Source: a virus. Taken from it: 64,000 bases of DNA. Every line of letters starts with the position of its first letter. Positions within the stretch are counted from its first letter, which is position 1. The DNA is taken from positions 1 to 64,000 of the IMG/VR virus record IMGVR_UViG_3300045049_000125, one strand, 5' to 3'. Both the position numbers and the translations under genes were made by a program. Below the pieces are notes generated by a model. The model ran no database searches. It was not told the DNA's origin and saw only the letters and a program-made list of their open reading frames with translations. Shown here piece after piece: positions 28,370 to 37,594 of the stretch.

Positions 28370-28528
28370 TTAATCCTCGTCAGCGTTGCGGCACGGCGCA
28401 TTGGCCGCGCGGTTAGTGGCGTCGTTCTTTAGCCAGATGAGACCGCAGTGAGCGCAGACCGGCCAGTGGCAAATGGTCCACAACCAGCGGTGGGACTTGT
28501 CTTTCTTGGGTTTGAACTTGGGAGCCAT
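28370..28528 (-). CDS. Small Cys/His hypothetical protein
   Basis: H.W...CAHCGL. Confidence 0.5.
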   Translation of the reverse strand: MAPKFKPKKDKSHRWLWTICHWPVCAHCGLIWLKNDATNRAANAPCRNADED

Positions 28529-28532
28529 CGTA

Positions 28533-29435
28533 TTACATTCCGAAATACTTTTCAAAGCAAATAGGGCCAATGCCTCGGTCGATGCTTTCCCCGTTGGTCA
28601 GCTCGCGACCGCAGCAGGAACACACGCCGAAGCGCTTGCCGTAGGCGATGGCCGATTGTGCGGGATCGGCGGTGACGGCCACGATTTCCGCTGTCTGCTC
28701 GGCAGTGCAGTCGCGCGTGCCCAGGAAGCGGCCGTTCACGATCTTGCCCAGGTAATCGCCCGTGGCCTTGTGCTTCACGTACACGGCGCCTGCGTTGACG
28801 CTCTGCGCCTTGGCAAGCGAGAAGACGAATGCGTGATGCTCGCCGGCAAGGAGGATTTTCGGCGTCCGGATGCCCTTTTCCGTGGCTCGGATGAGGCTTT
28901 CCTTGATGTTCGAGACCGCGACCGCAGGCGCCTTGGCTTCGCGTTCAGCCTTGGCGGCAGCCAGCTTCGCCACGCAAGATTTAGCGGCGGCTAACTGGCG
29001 CTCCGTCAGCTCGCCGAACTTCTCGGCGGTCTCGCGCAGGCTAATGGCGAAATCGAAGTTTGAACCTGTCCACCATCGCACGATGTCCGGATGAGCGGCG
29101 CAGAACGCGGCGAATTTCTCGGCCACGGCATTCTGCTTGCGCTCCTTGGCCTTGCGCGAGGCGGCGCGGCTCTTGGCTCGCTGTTCCGGGCTGGTGGCGA
29201 ATTCGAGCTTTCCCGTACCGCCGCATTTGAAGCATGTCGAACCGTGGATGCTGTAGCCACGATATCGGCCGGTGCCCATGCACTTGGGGCACTTTTCGAT
29301 GTAGGGGTGCACTGCCGGTAGCGCCTTGACCTGCGTGATGTCGGTGGGAACGCCCAGGCGCTCGGCCAGCTTATCAAGCTGGCCCACGTTAAGGCGCACA
29401 TCGTCCAGGTCGTTCAGGTCGTTGAAGTCGATCAT
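28533..29435 (-). CDS. Zinc-finger protein with C-terminal DUF6011-like domain
   Basis: CPKCMGTG...CFKCGGTG; C-terminal CSCCGRELT..ESI.RGIGPIC. Confidence 0.75.
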   Translation of the reverse strand: MIDFNDLNDLDDVRLNVGQLDKLAERLGVPTDITQVKALPAVHPYIEKCPKCMGTGRYRGYSIHGSTCFKCGGTGKLEFATSPEQRAKSRAASRKAKERKQNAVAEKFAAFCAAHPDIVRWWTGSNFDFAISLRETAEKFGELTERQLAAAKSCVAKLAAAKAEREAKAPAVAVSNIKESLIRATEKGIRTPKILLAGEHHAFVFSLAKAQSVNAGAVYVKHKATGDYLGKIVNGRFLGTRDCTAEQTAEIVAVTADPAQSAIAYGKRFGVCSCCGRELTNGESIDRGIGPICFEKYFGM

Positions 29436-29438
29436 GAC

Positions 29439-29642
29439 TCAGCCCTCCGCCTTGAGAAGACGAGCAGCCATCATGTGCTGCACCTTTACGTTATTCCAGA
29501 AAACAAGGTCGGCAGCATTGGAACGGATGCTGAAAGCATCGGGGATATGGCGACCATCTTGGCGAATCTCCACGATCATGCGGGAAGCGTCGCGGGCCTC
29601 GCGGATGTGGAAACGAATCTTGGCAGCAGTGGAAGCGCGCAT
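29439..29642 (-). CDS. Hypothetical protein
   Basis: Start MRAST after CACACATTCGGAG. Confidence 0.55.
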   Translation of the reverse strand: MRASTAAKIRFHIREARDASRMIVEIRQDGRHIPDAFSIRSNAADLVFWNNVKVQHMMAARLLKAEG

Positions 29643-29672
29643 GTTGAACTCCGAATGTGTGAAAGTGGAACT

Positions 29673-29701
29673 AGAATATAGCTCCACTTTAAAACTGTCA
29701 A
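29673..29701 (-). promoter_or_regulatory. sigma70-like promoter
   Basis: TTGACA-N17-TATTCT. Confidence 0.7.
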
Positions 29702-29943
29702 GCGTCGATGCCGGGGAAGTAGTACGAAAGCGCCTTCCGACCTTCCGCCAGACAATCCGCCATTTCCTCGGAAAGCCAGCCTAGTCCCCGTGCACGCTTT
29801 TCGGCCAAATGCACGAAATTCAGCAGCGCGTTGACGACCGGAGGAACGTGGTCTCGCTGTTCGCGCAGCCATTCGGCAGTGAGCGGCGCATGATGGGTTT
29901 CAGCAACGATGGCGGCGCCTTCAAACTGATTACGAATGTTCAT
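29698..29943 (-). CDS. Hypothetical protein
   Basis: 81 aa, preceded by the leader variant CACACAGACGGGAG. Confidence 0.55.
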   Translation of the reverse strand: MNIRNQFEGAAIVAETHHAPLTAEWLREQRDHVPPVVNALLNFVHLAEKRARGLGWLSEEMADCLAEGRKALSYYFPGIDA

Positions 29944-29973
29944 GGTGAAACTCCCGTCTGTGTGGGTTGTTGG

Positions 29974-30201
29974 TTAGCACGGGATTCCGTGTTCAGTCAT
30001 GAATTCCGCGCCACTATCGGCGATGAAAGACAGACAATCGTTATACGTACCTTTAAAGCGCGGCTTTGCAATTGCCGGTACGGTCCAGACGAAGCGCTTT
30101 GCAGCCATGTCGGTGGCGTACCCGCCAACCTGACTCCGGTTCATCTTGAACACTTCGAATCTGTTCCCATTGGCTCGGATGGTCATGCGGTTATAGTTCA
30201 T
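29974..30201 (-). CDS. Hypothetical protein
   Basis: Start MNYNR after CACACAGACGGA. Confidence 0.55.
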   Translation of the reverse strand: MNYNRMTIRANGNRFEVFKMNRSQVGGYATDMAAKRFVWTVPAIAKPRFKGTYNDCLSFIADSGAEFMTEHGIPC

Positions 30202-30235
30202 GTTCGCGATTCCGTCTGTGTGGTTGGCGGGAGTC

Positions 30236-30264
30236 ATCATCTCACCAATTTAAAACCGTGTCAA
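30236..30264 (-). promoter_or_regulatory. sigma70-like promoter
   Basis: TTGACA-N17-GATGAT. Confidence 0.6.
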
Positions 30265-32333
30265 CGGTTCAATTTGACGTATTCGTGCGGATAGCCGAAT
30301 TGGTCATTTTCGTGAAAAATCTCGAAGAAATGACGGGTTGCACCGGCTTTGAGCAGAGCGTTCACGCGGTTACGATCCCATCCCGGCCAGCCCGGCATCT
30401 CCCAGCACATCGCGTGCACATGTTCGCGCGTACCGGGTTTCATGGTGAACCGTTCCATATTCGTCCGGAACATGAAGTCAGCCAGCAACGCGCAATCTTC
30501 GTCAGAAATGCCGTTGTTACCCTGCGCAATGGGTCCGTTGCTCAGGTTCGAGGTAAACGCTTCAAGATCGGGCGCCGCATCGATCACGCATGACATATCG
30601 GGCTGGCCCCATTGATCGGTTCCAACCTGTACACCCTTCAATACAAAATTCGCACCGATATTGTCCGCGCCGTCCTTCACCTTCTTCGTGGACCATGAAC
30701 GAATGCCGCTGTCGCGGTCACGTTTAACCTCGATAGCCGAATCGATGCCTGCCAGAAATGCGCTAGACCCTCGCGGACCGCGCTCCGTGTCCTTACCGCT
30801 ATGGTGAATCAGGATCACCACGCATTGCGTCTCACGAGCCAGGGTTTCGACCGCAACGAGATATTTCGACATCTCGGCCATGTCGTTTTCGTTCATGCCC
30901 GGCGCCGATTTCGCCAGCGTATCGATGCAAATGACGCCCTGACGCTGCTTGTTCTTGTAGATGGTGCGAATGAGCTTTTCCATATCTTCGGATTTGAGAA
31001 TGTTCAAGCCATTCGTGAGCATCATCATGCGGCCCATGTTGCCGTGATGGATGCGATAGGCATACACGCGATTGCGCAAACCGGCCTCGCCTTCGAGACC
31101 AACATAAGTCACAGGGACTTGCCGTGTCTTGCGACCGAACCAGTCATGACCGGATGCCACGGCCGCGAGCATATCCAGTGCAAGGAACGTCTTGCCCGAG
31201 CCCGAAGGCCCGTACACTGATGCCACCCCGCGTGCAGGCAACACGTTGTGAATGATCCACTCGGTTTGTGTGTATTCGGTCACGTCGTCAGTCCACAGTG
31301 CAGGGAATTCTTTTTCGCCATCCTCTTCGCCGAAAGCAATTTCAATGTCTTCGGGATTGAACATTCGCCCCGATGCTTCAAGATCGGCGGCGGCGGCATT
31401 GATGTTTCGTTTAAGCCATCCCTCATATTGAGCCCGGCTCAGACCTGCGCGATTCTCGGAGCGATTCATGTACTCCGCGCATGGACTCTGCGTGTATAGA
31501 CGCAATACCTGCTCATAATTTAATGAGCACTGTATCAGGTCCATAACCACTTGATAATGCATGTCAGAACCTCCCGTTTGGGATTGGTTCTTGTACATGT
31601 AATTTGCAGTCTCTGGGCAGCGGCGGAACATCTGCACCATGACTTCAAAATCCGTATGCTTCGGATTATCGTGCCATTGGGCATTACTTCCTTGCGCTGC
31701 CTCTTTTGCAAGAGCGCAGCGTTTGAACAAGTAGTTTTGGAAATTTTCAGGAAGTGTGGAGAAATCAGCAAATCCCATGTCGGGATCGCTTACCACATCA
31801 CCTGTTAGAAACACGAAACCGTTAACAACGCGAGTATCTACTTTTTTCTCGCCGTTGTTGGTATTGCTCAATTGAGCCGCTTCAATGTCGCTCAACCAGT
31901 AAAAAGCGTGATAGCCCACACCCGACACACTGCGCTCCGTCCACGTGGGAGCGCGGTCCAAGATGTCATAGTGGGCTTGCTGTGTGAGCGCGGGCGTCGT
32001 CGGCGCGTCCGTGTCATCCAAATCCACACAGACGAGATTTTCAGGCATGTACAAAATGAGGCCGTGTACCTTGTTAGGCTGCTCGGCCTTGAGGTATTCG
32101 ACTTCCTGAAACGCCTCTTCAAACGACATAGACGTTTCGAGACGGTTGGGACTGTAGCGTTCCCCCGTCACGGGATTGCGACCCACGGTCTTCACCACAT
32201 CACCCGCATCATCCCAATGCGTCGAATAGGTGCCGAATCGGAAATCTTGGAAGTTGCGGAAAATCTCCGGTGTTACATGCGACTGTGCAGTCGCCACTGC
32301 TTCTCCGGAAAAATCGAAATTCAAATCTGCCAT
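30261..32333 (-). CDS. Primase/polymerase (AEP-like) fused to a RecA-fold AAA helicase
   Basis: N-terminal VCVDLDD...ERSVSG.GYH; Walker A GPSGSGKT, IDTL and IHHSGKD..RGPRGSS. Confidence 0.85.
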   Translation of the reverse strand: MADLNFDFSGEAVATAQSHVTPEIFRNFQDFRFGTYSTHWDDAGDVVKTVGRNPVTGERYSPNRLETSMSFEEAFQEVEYLKAEQPNKVHGLILYMPENLVCVDLDDTDAPTTPALTQQAHYDILDRAPTWTERSVSGVGYHAFYWLSDIEAAQLSNTNNGEKKVDTRVVNGFVFLTGDVVSDPDMGFADFSTLPENFQNYLFKRCALAKEAAQGSNAQWHDNPKHTDFEVMVQMFRRCPETANYMYKNQSQTGGSDMHYQVVMDLIQCSLNYEQVLRLYTQSPCAEYMNRSENRAGLSRAQYEGWLKRNINAAAADLEASGRMFNPEDIEIAFGEEDGEKEFPALWTDDVTEYTQTEWIIHNVLPARGVASVYGPSGSGKTFLALDMLAAVASGHDWFGRKTRQVPVTYVGLEGEAGLRNRVYAYRIHHGNMGRMMMLTNGLNILKSEDMEKLIRTIYKNKQRQGVICIDTLAKSAPGMNENDMAEMSKYLVAVETLARETQCVVILIHHSGKDTERGPRGSSAFLAGIDSAIEVKRDRDSGIRSWSTKKVKDGADNIGANFVLKGVQVGTDQWGQPDMSCVIDAAPDLEAFTSNLSNGPIAQGNNGISDEDCALLADFMFRTNMERFTMKPGTREHVHAMCWEMPGWPGWDRNRVNALLKAGATRHFFEIFHENDQFGYPHEYVKLNR

Positions 32334-32346
32334 TGCCGCCTCGGAG

Positions 32347-32374
32347 AAAAAGACGCCGGCATTAAGCCGGCGTC
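32347..32374 (-). terminator. Intrinsic terminator
   Basis: GACGCCGGC-ttaat-GCCGGCGTC followed by a T-tract on the minus strand. Confidence 0.7.
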
Positions 32375-32408
32375 CAATGGTACCGCTTCGTATTGCTTCA
32401 AGCCAAGC

Positions 32409-33110
32409 TTACTGCTCATCCCATGGCTGGTCGCCGTTGTCGATGAACTCGTCCTGCTGCTCCACAAACTGCTCTTCTTCAACAAACTGCTCTTCCTGCA
32501 CCGGACCCGGCTTCGGTGAAGGGTTCGGACGAGTCGCCGGACGAGTACGCGCGGCCTGCTGTTCGCCACCCTGAGCCTGCGCCGGGGCGCTGGTTGCCGG
32601 ACGGTTGCCGAAGCCCGCCGGACGCTGCGCGGCGCCGCTGGCGGGGCGAGTCTGTCCACCGGCAGACGGACGCGACGTGCCACCCGCTGCACCGCTCGAA
32701 ATCGGCTCGTAGCTGTCGATTTCGTTGCGTGCCGCATACTTCTCGGCACCCGTCGCCGGATCGATCTGCGCGGCCTTGATCTTGACCTTGATGCGCAGCG
32801 GCTTTTCGAGAAGCTGGTCAGTGGTGGTCAGTTTCAGCACATTGATCGCGTGGCAGATGGCCGACAGTTCGCCCTGAGCGATCTTCTGCGCTTGCTCGGA
32901 TTTGTTCTCGATGTTCAGACCGGCGAAAACCACGCGGCCGTCATAATCGCCTCCGATGATCTTGAATTGCAGGTTCAGACGCTTGCCGCTGCCGTCGCTA
33001 GTGGGCTTGATTTCAGCGGTGGTAATCTTCGCGTTGTAGAGATTCGCCGGAATCGGCTCACGGCCAGTGGAAGGGGCAACGGTGGTCGCGTCGAAGGAAA
33101 GAAGTGCCAT
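32409..33110 (-). CDS. Single-stranded DNA-binding protein (DUF669-like)
   Basis: PIPA..Y...I and L..ICHA motifs; acidic C-terminal tail ending in PW; adjacent to Sak4. Confidence 0.75.
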   Translation of the reverse strand: MALLSFDATTVAPSTGREPIPANLYNAKITTAEIKPTSDGSGKRLNLQFKIIGGDYDGRVVFAGLNIENKSEQAQKIAQGELSAICHAINVLKLTTTDQLLEKPLRIKVKIKAAQIDPATGAEKYAARNEIDSYEPISSGAAGGTSRPSAGGQTRPASGAAQRPAGFGNRPATSAPAQAQGGEQQAARTRPATRPNPSPKPGPVQEEQFVEEEQFVEQQDEFIDNGDQPWDEQ

Positions 33111-33185
33111 ATTTTTAGTTCCTGTGTTTAGGGTTTCGTCATTTGATTGGCCTCGCGATTGTGTGGAATGTGTGGGTGAAAGCTC

Positions 33186-33213
33186 ATCTTACATGTACAG
33201 CAACGTAGATCAA
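33186..33213 (-). promoter_or_regulatory. Promoter with GCTGTACA in the spacer
   Basis: TTGATC-N16-TAAGAT. Confidence 0.55.
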
Positions 33214-33938
33214 GAAGCGTAAGCGAGAATTTTGCGAATGATGTTGCCCATGTGCGCCTCTTCCATAAGATCAAGCGCGCCGGAGCGGCATTTCGCATCG
33301 TACGAAAGATCGGGCTGCGTTTGGAAATAGCGGAACGAACCTCCCTCATCCTCGCCCACACGGAGCGCATACATTTCATCGAAGAAGTATGGAATGCCCT
33401 GGCCGAGTTTGTTACCCGGCATCATGACGGAGCGCATGGTGATGCCACTCACTTCGTCCTTTTGGAGGCCCATCTTTGCCGACATGTACACATGCTTGCC
33501 GCTGATGTCGCGGAAAGATCGGATGAGCTTTTCGCCCTGATCTTTCAATTCTCCATAAGCGGCACGCTTATCACGATTGAAACCATTAGCGGCAGTAAGG
33601 ATTTGCTCCATGATTTCGGTAATGGAGTCCAGTGCGATGGTTTCGTACTGATCCGCCTCAGGGGACAGCGTGGCCCACTCGTACGCCTCGTTCAAGTCGG
33701 TGTAATCGCGCACCTTCAAGACGGGAATGTTATACGTGATGTCCTCACGTCCGGCACCGAAAACACGTTCGATATTCTGGCGGGAGAGCGACAACAGACC
33801 CGATTCGGCCGAGATAAGCACGGGATTCGGGAGCGTGGCGACCTGCATCGTCTTGCCGACGCCTGCGGGTCCGTAAGCGAGGATTTTCACACCGTTGACC
33901 ACGGCTTCCTCGCTGGTGGTGGTGAACTCGACTGCCAT
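33210..33938 (-). CDS. Sak4-like AAA ATPase / ssDNA annealing protein
   Basis: KILAYGPAGVGKT, SAESGLLS, LDSITE and PYFFDE motifs. Confidence 0.85.
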   Translation of the reverse strand: MAVEFTTTSEEAVVNGVKILAYGPAGVGKTMQVATLPNPVLISAESGLLSLSRQNIERVFGAGREDITYNIPVLKVRDYTDLNEAYEWATLSPEADQYETIALDSITEIMEQILTAANGFNRDKRAAYGELKDQGEKLIRSFRDISGKHVYMSAKMGLQKDEVSGITMRSVMMPGNKLGQGIPYFFDEMYALRVGEDEGGSFRYFQTQPDLSYDAKCRSGALDLMEEAHMGNIIRKILAYAS

Positions 33939-33971
33939 TCGTTGAACCTCGGATGTTGCGAAAGGTGTTGC

Positions 33972-34000
33972 ACCGTACCTATGTGTACAGCACGATGCAA
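33972..34000 (-). promoter_or_regulatory. Promoter inside a 12-bp inverted repeat, with GCTGTACAC in the spacer
   Basis: TTGCAT-N17-TACGGT; AAAGGTGTTGCA...TGCAACACCTTT. Confidence 0.6.
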
Positions 34001-34024
34001 CACCTTTTGCGTGTTTTGAGCGAA

Positions 34025-34768
34025 TTAGTCATTCGTAGCTATGAATGCCCTAATAAATTTTTCTGCAACGTGCGGGACTATGGCGTTCCCGTAGGCCGCA
34101 ATTGATGCCAAATCATCGGGAACCCCATCAGGGAGCAATAGAACATCCCGGAAATTCTTCGTGTCTGCGGGCATTGGATGGGTAGGCCAAGGGAAAGCAT
34201 TAAGGCTCCCGGGAGCGCGGGATATACTTTCCCGTTGCTTCGATGATAGCCCCGTCCAGTGGAATCCGTTTTTGACGCTGTAGGCCACGAACCACAATCT
34301 ATTCCGTTCGTGGTCCGAATTTTCGCAACCGGCCGGGATAGGCATTGCCCCCACGGTGTATTCCATTCCTTCCATATCACTGTAAACGTTCGCGAGCCAT
34401 TTAGAAGCTGTCGCAACTTGCTCTCCAAAGATGATTGGAGGACGGCACTCGCTGATGAGGTGGAACCAGGCGGGCCATAGGTGCCGCTCGTCAGCAAACC
34501 CAATGCCTTTGCCTGCCGTGCTGAAAGGCTGGCAGGGGCACGATCCGGTCCAGACGGGATAATCGTCGGGCCAACCGGCGAGGCGCAAGGCGAGCGGCCA
34601 TCCTCCAATACCTGCGAAGAAATGGCATTGTGTGTATTGGGATAATTCATGTGGGCAAACATCTTCTATGCTTCGCGAATCAACAACACCATTTGGAATT
34701 TCTCCCGCTTGAATTAGATTTTTAAGCCATTCAACGCAGTACGGATCAATTTCGTTGTAGTAATTCAT
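34025..34768 (-). CDS. C5-cytosine DNA methyltransferase, main (alpha) polypeptide
   Basis: FFAGIGG (motif I), GSCPCQPFS (IV), GEQV (VI), R.RLWFVA (VIII), YGNAIVP (X); no motif IX in this frame. Confidence 0.85.
   Translation of the reverse strand: MNYYNEIDPYCVEWLKNLIQAGEIPNGVVDSRSIEDVCPHELSQYTQCHFFAGIGGWPLALRLAGWPDDYPVWTGSCPCQPFSTAGKGIGFADERHLWPAWFHLISECRPPIIFGEQVATASKWLANVYSDMEGMEYTVGAMPIPAGCENSDHERNRLWFVAYSVKNGFHWTGLSSKQRESISRAPGSLNAFPWPTHPMPADTKNFRDVLLLPDGVPDDLASIAAYGNAIVPHVAEKFIRAFIATND
34078..34662 (-). CDS. Nested alternate-frame polypeptide carrying an MTase motif IX-like segment (beta-like)
   Basis: 194 codons open inside the MTase gene; WPT motif and C-terminal SLMGFPMIW. Confidence 0.6.
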   Translation of the reverse strand: MFAHMNYPNTHNAISSQVLEDGRSPCASPVGPTIIPSGPDRAPASLSARQAKALGLLTSGTYGPPGSTSSASAVLQSSLESKLRQLLNGSRTFTVIWKEWNTPWGQCLSRPVAKIRTTNGIDCGSWPTASKTDSTGRGYHRSNGKVYPALPGALMLSLGLPIQCPQTRRISGMFYCSLMGFPMIWHQLRPTGTP

Positions 34769-34773
34769 CAATT

Positions 34774-35733
34774 CTACTCGGCCATCGTGATGGGATCGCG
34801 CCACGCTTTAAAACTTCCGTGACGCGGAACATCCTTCTCGCCATGCTTGAAGAACTTGTATGTGACCATCATTCCACGCAAGACATTCGGGTTCACTGTC
34901 CAAAGTTCCCACAGCGCGCGTCGCTGCTCATGCGTCAGCGTGCCCGGCCCAATGTCGAAATCACGCCGCGCTCCGTCCGGACCCTTGAAGTCATAGACGT
35001 GAATGCGGCCCACCATGTCCATGTCCACTTTGCCGGCTTTCGCGCTGCTGCGCTCGATATGTCCAAGGGCATTCCGGATGGCTTCGTTCATGTTGTGCTG
35101 TGCGGGGCTGAAACCCTCAATCACGGCTTCCGCGTCTTCAAAACGCTTTACCTTGATGAGTGTTTGCTCCTTCGTCGTGCTGCGCCCGTACTTGTATGCG
35201 TGATCGGGTGCACGAGTGCAAACGCCTTCGTAACCATGCGCCAACGCGCGGGTTTCGTAATCGTCCAACTCTTCCGGCGTGACCAGAACGGTTTGATTGA
35301 CGTACGTCACACGCTTCAACCACTCCGCATCCGGAAATTCTTCTCGCAGCATCGCCAATTTCGTCTGCAACACGATTTGACGATCTGCCGCCGAAAGGTC
35401 CGGATTGCCGAAATAATCGAACACGTGGAACCACACATTAGGCTTGCCAGTCTTGCGCATCACCTCGGCGGTTCGCTGGATCACGTCCCGTGCATTCGGT
35501 GGCCCCACGGTCAATTCACCATCGAAACCATCAAGCTGTGGCCGTCCGAACAGCTCTTGCACGTACGGATTGGGAAACGGTTTGAGACTATATGCAACGA
35601 GCTGATCCGATCCCGGAAGTTTGACGGCGCGGAAGCCGTCAATTTTTGGGGATGCGAAGCACGGAAAGCGTTGTTTTTCGGCCTCGTAATCGCCGGCCTT
35701 CATGGGCTTGAACTGCGAACGCGGCTTAGCCAT
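34774..35733 (-). CDS. ATP-dependent DNA ligase
   Basis: SPKIDGFR, FDGEL, FHVFD, GYEG and KVKRF motifs. Confidence 0.9.
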   Translation of the reverse strand: MAKPRSQFKPMKAGDYEAEKQRFPCFASPKIDGFRAVKLPGSDQLVAYSLKPFPNPYVQELFGRPQLDGFDGELTVGPPNARDVIQRTAEVMRKTGKPNVWFHVFDYFGNPDLSAADRQIVLQTKLAMLREEFPDAEWLKRVTYVNQTVLVTPEELDDYETRALAHGYEGVCTRAPDHAYKYGRSTTKEQTLIKVKRFEDAEAVIEGFSPAQHNMNEAIRNALGHIERSSAKAGKVDMDMVGRIHVYDFKGPDGARRDFDIGPGTLTHEQRRALWELWTVNPNVLRGMMVTYKFFKHGEKDVPRHGSFKAWRDPITMAE

Positions 35734-35908
35734 GAATGCCATCCTCCGGCCATGTGACGGATTCGTACTCTTCAAGCTTGGTGGTGGCCTTGCCGATGTT
35801 GCGCAAAGCCATGTCCACGTCGTCTTGCGTGCAGTCGGCAGACTGAATGCACGTAACGGCGGACTTCAACAAATAAAATGCGTCTCGGCGCAGATGGTCA
35901 ACTTTCAT
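35726..35908 (-). CDS. Hypothetical protein
   Basis: 60 aa between thyX and the ligase; GGAG RBS. Confidence 0.5.
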   Translation of the reverse strand: MKVDHLRRDAFYLLKSAVTCIQSADCTQDDVDMALRNIGKATTKLEEYESVTWPEDGIHG

Positions 35909-35920
35909 TTGAAACTCCGA

Positions 35921-36676
35921 TCAGGGAAGACGTCGATACTTATCGTACAGCTCCATCGTCTTAGGGAGCTGTGCGCGCAGCAGTGTATCAATCGCTTGCG
36001 CGTATTTCTGCGCCTCGATTTGCGCATGCGAGTGGTCGCGCAGGCGCAGGAAGTTCAGCAGGTTGTGCAAATCCTGCTTCCACAGCCAGTGCGTATAGTG
36101 ATTCAGCGACAGCAGCATGCGCGCGTGTTCGGGTGCAACACCGTCCTTAATTGCGTCAAGATAATGCTCATATCCTGATTTGCAATGTTGGTGCAAGATG
36201 TATCTGAATCCGTCTTGCGTGCTTTGGTCAAGATTGTCTTCCTGGCCTTGCTTCTTGTTCGCCGCTTTTCCGCCGACGACTTCCGGGATATACCACTCTG
36301 CCGGAAGCGTGACATAACGACCGCTCACCTCGTTGATGCTTGTGGTTCGATGGCGTACGAACTGCCGAGCCACGAAGATGGGCAGCTTCATTTCAAGCCA
36401 CACATCCACCATCTCAAACGGAGACGTGTGCCAATTGCGCATGAGATAATCTGCAAGCTTGTGGTCTTGCTCGGCGGTGCGATCCTCGTTCATCTGGTCG
36501 AATGACATGCGCGCCGCTTGCGCCGGGTCGCGGTCGTCGGCATCGAAGGGACGCGCAAGCAAGCCGAACTCGCGTTCTTCCATGTCATAGCCGAAACCGT
36601 TATGCGGGCGCCGTGTGGGGCCGGCGATGTTGCGGAGGGTGACAAAGCCGTGGTCAAGAACTTTCACGGTAGACAT
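35921..36676 (-). CDS. thyX: FAD-dependent thymidylate synthase
   Basis: HTSPFE, RQFVRHRTTSINEVSGRY signature and FLRLR...HAQ.E. Confidence 0.95.
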   Translation of the reverse strand: MSTVKVLDHGFVTLRNIAGPTRRPHNGFGYDMEEREFGLLARPFDADDRDPAQAARMSFDQMNEDRTAEQDHKLADYLMRNWHTSPFEMVDVWLEMKLPIFVARQFVRHRTTSINEVSGRYVTLPAEWYIPEVVGGKAANKKQGQEDNLDQSTQDGFRYILHQHCKSGYEHYLDAIKDGVAPEHARMLLSLNHYTHWLWKQDLHNLLNFLRLRDHSHAQIEAQKYAQAIDTLLRAQLPKTMELYDKYRRLP

Positions 36677-36963
36677 GCGATACGCTTCCGATAGATGGTG
36701 TTACGGGTTTCGATTTCCACGACACCGGCCAACAGCGTCGGAGATGTGGCAGCGTTCCAATCCTGCGGAACGGGGATCACGTGGCCGTCTGTACCAATGA
36801 CGCGAATCACGCGGGACGTATACACATATTCCGTATCGCCGAGATGGGGATGACCCTGAACCTCGTAAAGCTCGGCGCGGTCCACATCGTAGAGAGGGCC
36901 GAGATATCCGATCCGGCCAAAGGTGACAATGGGCTTGTCATCATGCGATTTAAAACTTTCCAT
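36664..36963 (-). CDS. Hypothetical phage protein
   Basis: GHP.LG...TS.V...IETRNTIY; GGAGG RBS. Confidence 0.6.
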   Translation of the reverse strand: MESFKSHDDKPIVTFGRIGYLGPLYDVDRAELYEVQGHPHLGDTEYVYTSRVIRVIGTDGHVIPVPQDWNAATSPTLLAGVVEIETRNTIYRKRIACLP

Positions 36964-37004
36964 AAGACCTCCGAAAATGAAGGGGCGTGCGCCGCCCCTA
37001 AGCG

Positions 37005-37592
37005 TCAATCGCGACGAACGAAAATGGCGTCCTTGGTTTCAATGTAGACCGGAAGGCCATTATCAAACCGAACATCCACAAGTCCGTCAGTGAACCAGTT
37101 ATTGAACACCTGTTCGGTGGCCGTGCGAACTGGTGGATTCGTTCCGGTGTAAAACGTGACTTCCATATCAAGAGGCGCATGTACCGCACACATATCTGCA
37201 CCCCACGCACCATGCTTGTTGCCGAACTCCACGGGGTAGAACCCCGCCACCCAATGGAATGTCAGCACGGGTTTGACCGGCTCGTTTGTCAGAAACGCAT
37301 CCTGTCGCTCGGCGCTGCTTGCTTCGATACCGGCCATGTACTCGTCGGCGGAAATCTCCGGCATGTTGAACGTGACGCTCTTGCGCGGCTTTCGCACGGG
37401 CTTGGCGGCTACCTTCTTCGCAGTAGCGCGCGTTTCTTCATATTCAACGTCCTCGCGCAGCTTTTCGGTGTCAAACTCGTCCTTGATTTGTGCAATCTCT
37501 TCGGCGCTCAGTTTGGCATACCGGAACGCGGCGGCAGCGCCTTCCCGGCTAGTGTCCAAACCCGGCGCAGGATTTTCAGGAGTATTTTCCAT
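37005..37592 (-). CDS. Hypothetical protein
   Basis: 195 aa, GAGG RBS. Confidence 0.6.
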   Translation of the reverse strand: MENTPENPAPGLDTSREGAAAAFRYAKLSAEEIAQIKDEFDTEKLREDVEYEETRATAKKVAAKPVRKPRKSVTFNMPEISADEYMAGIEASSAERQDAFLTNEPVKPVLTFHWVAGFYPVEFGNKHGAWGADMCAVHAPLDMEVTFYTGTNPPVRTATEQVFNNWFTDGLVDVRFDNGLPVYIETKDAIFVRRD

Positions 37593-37594
37593 GG

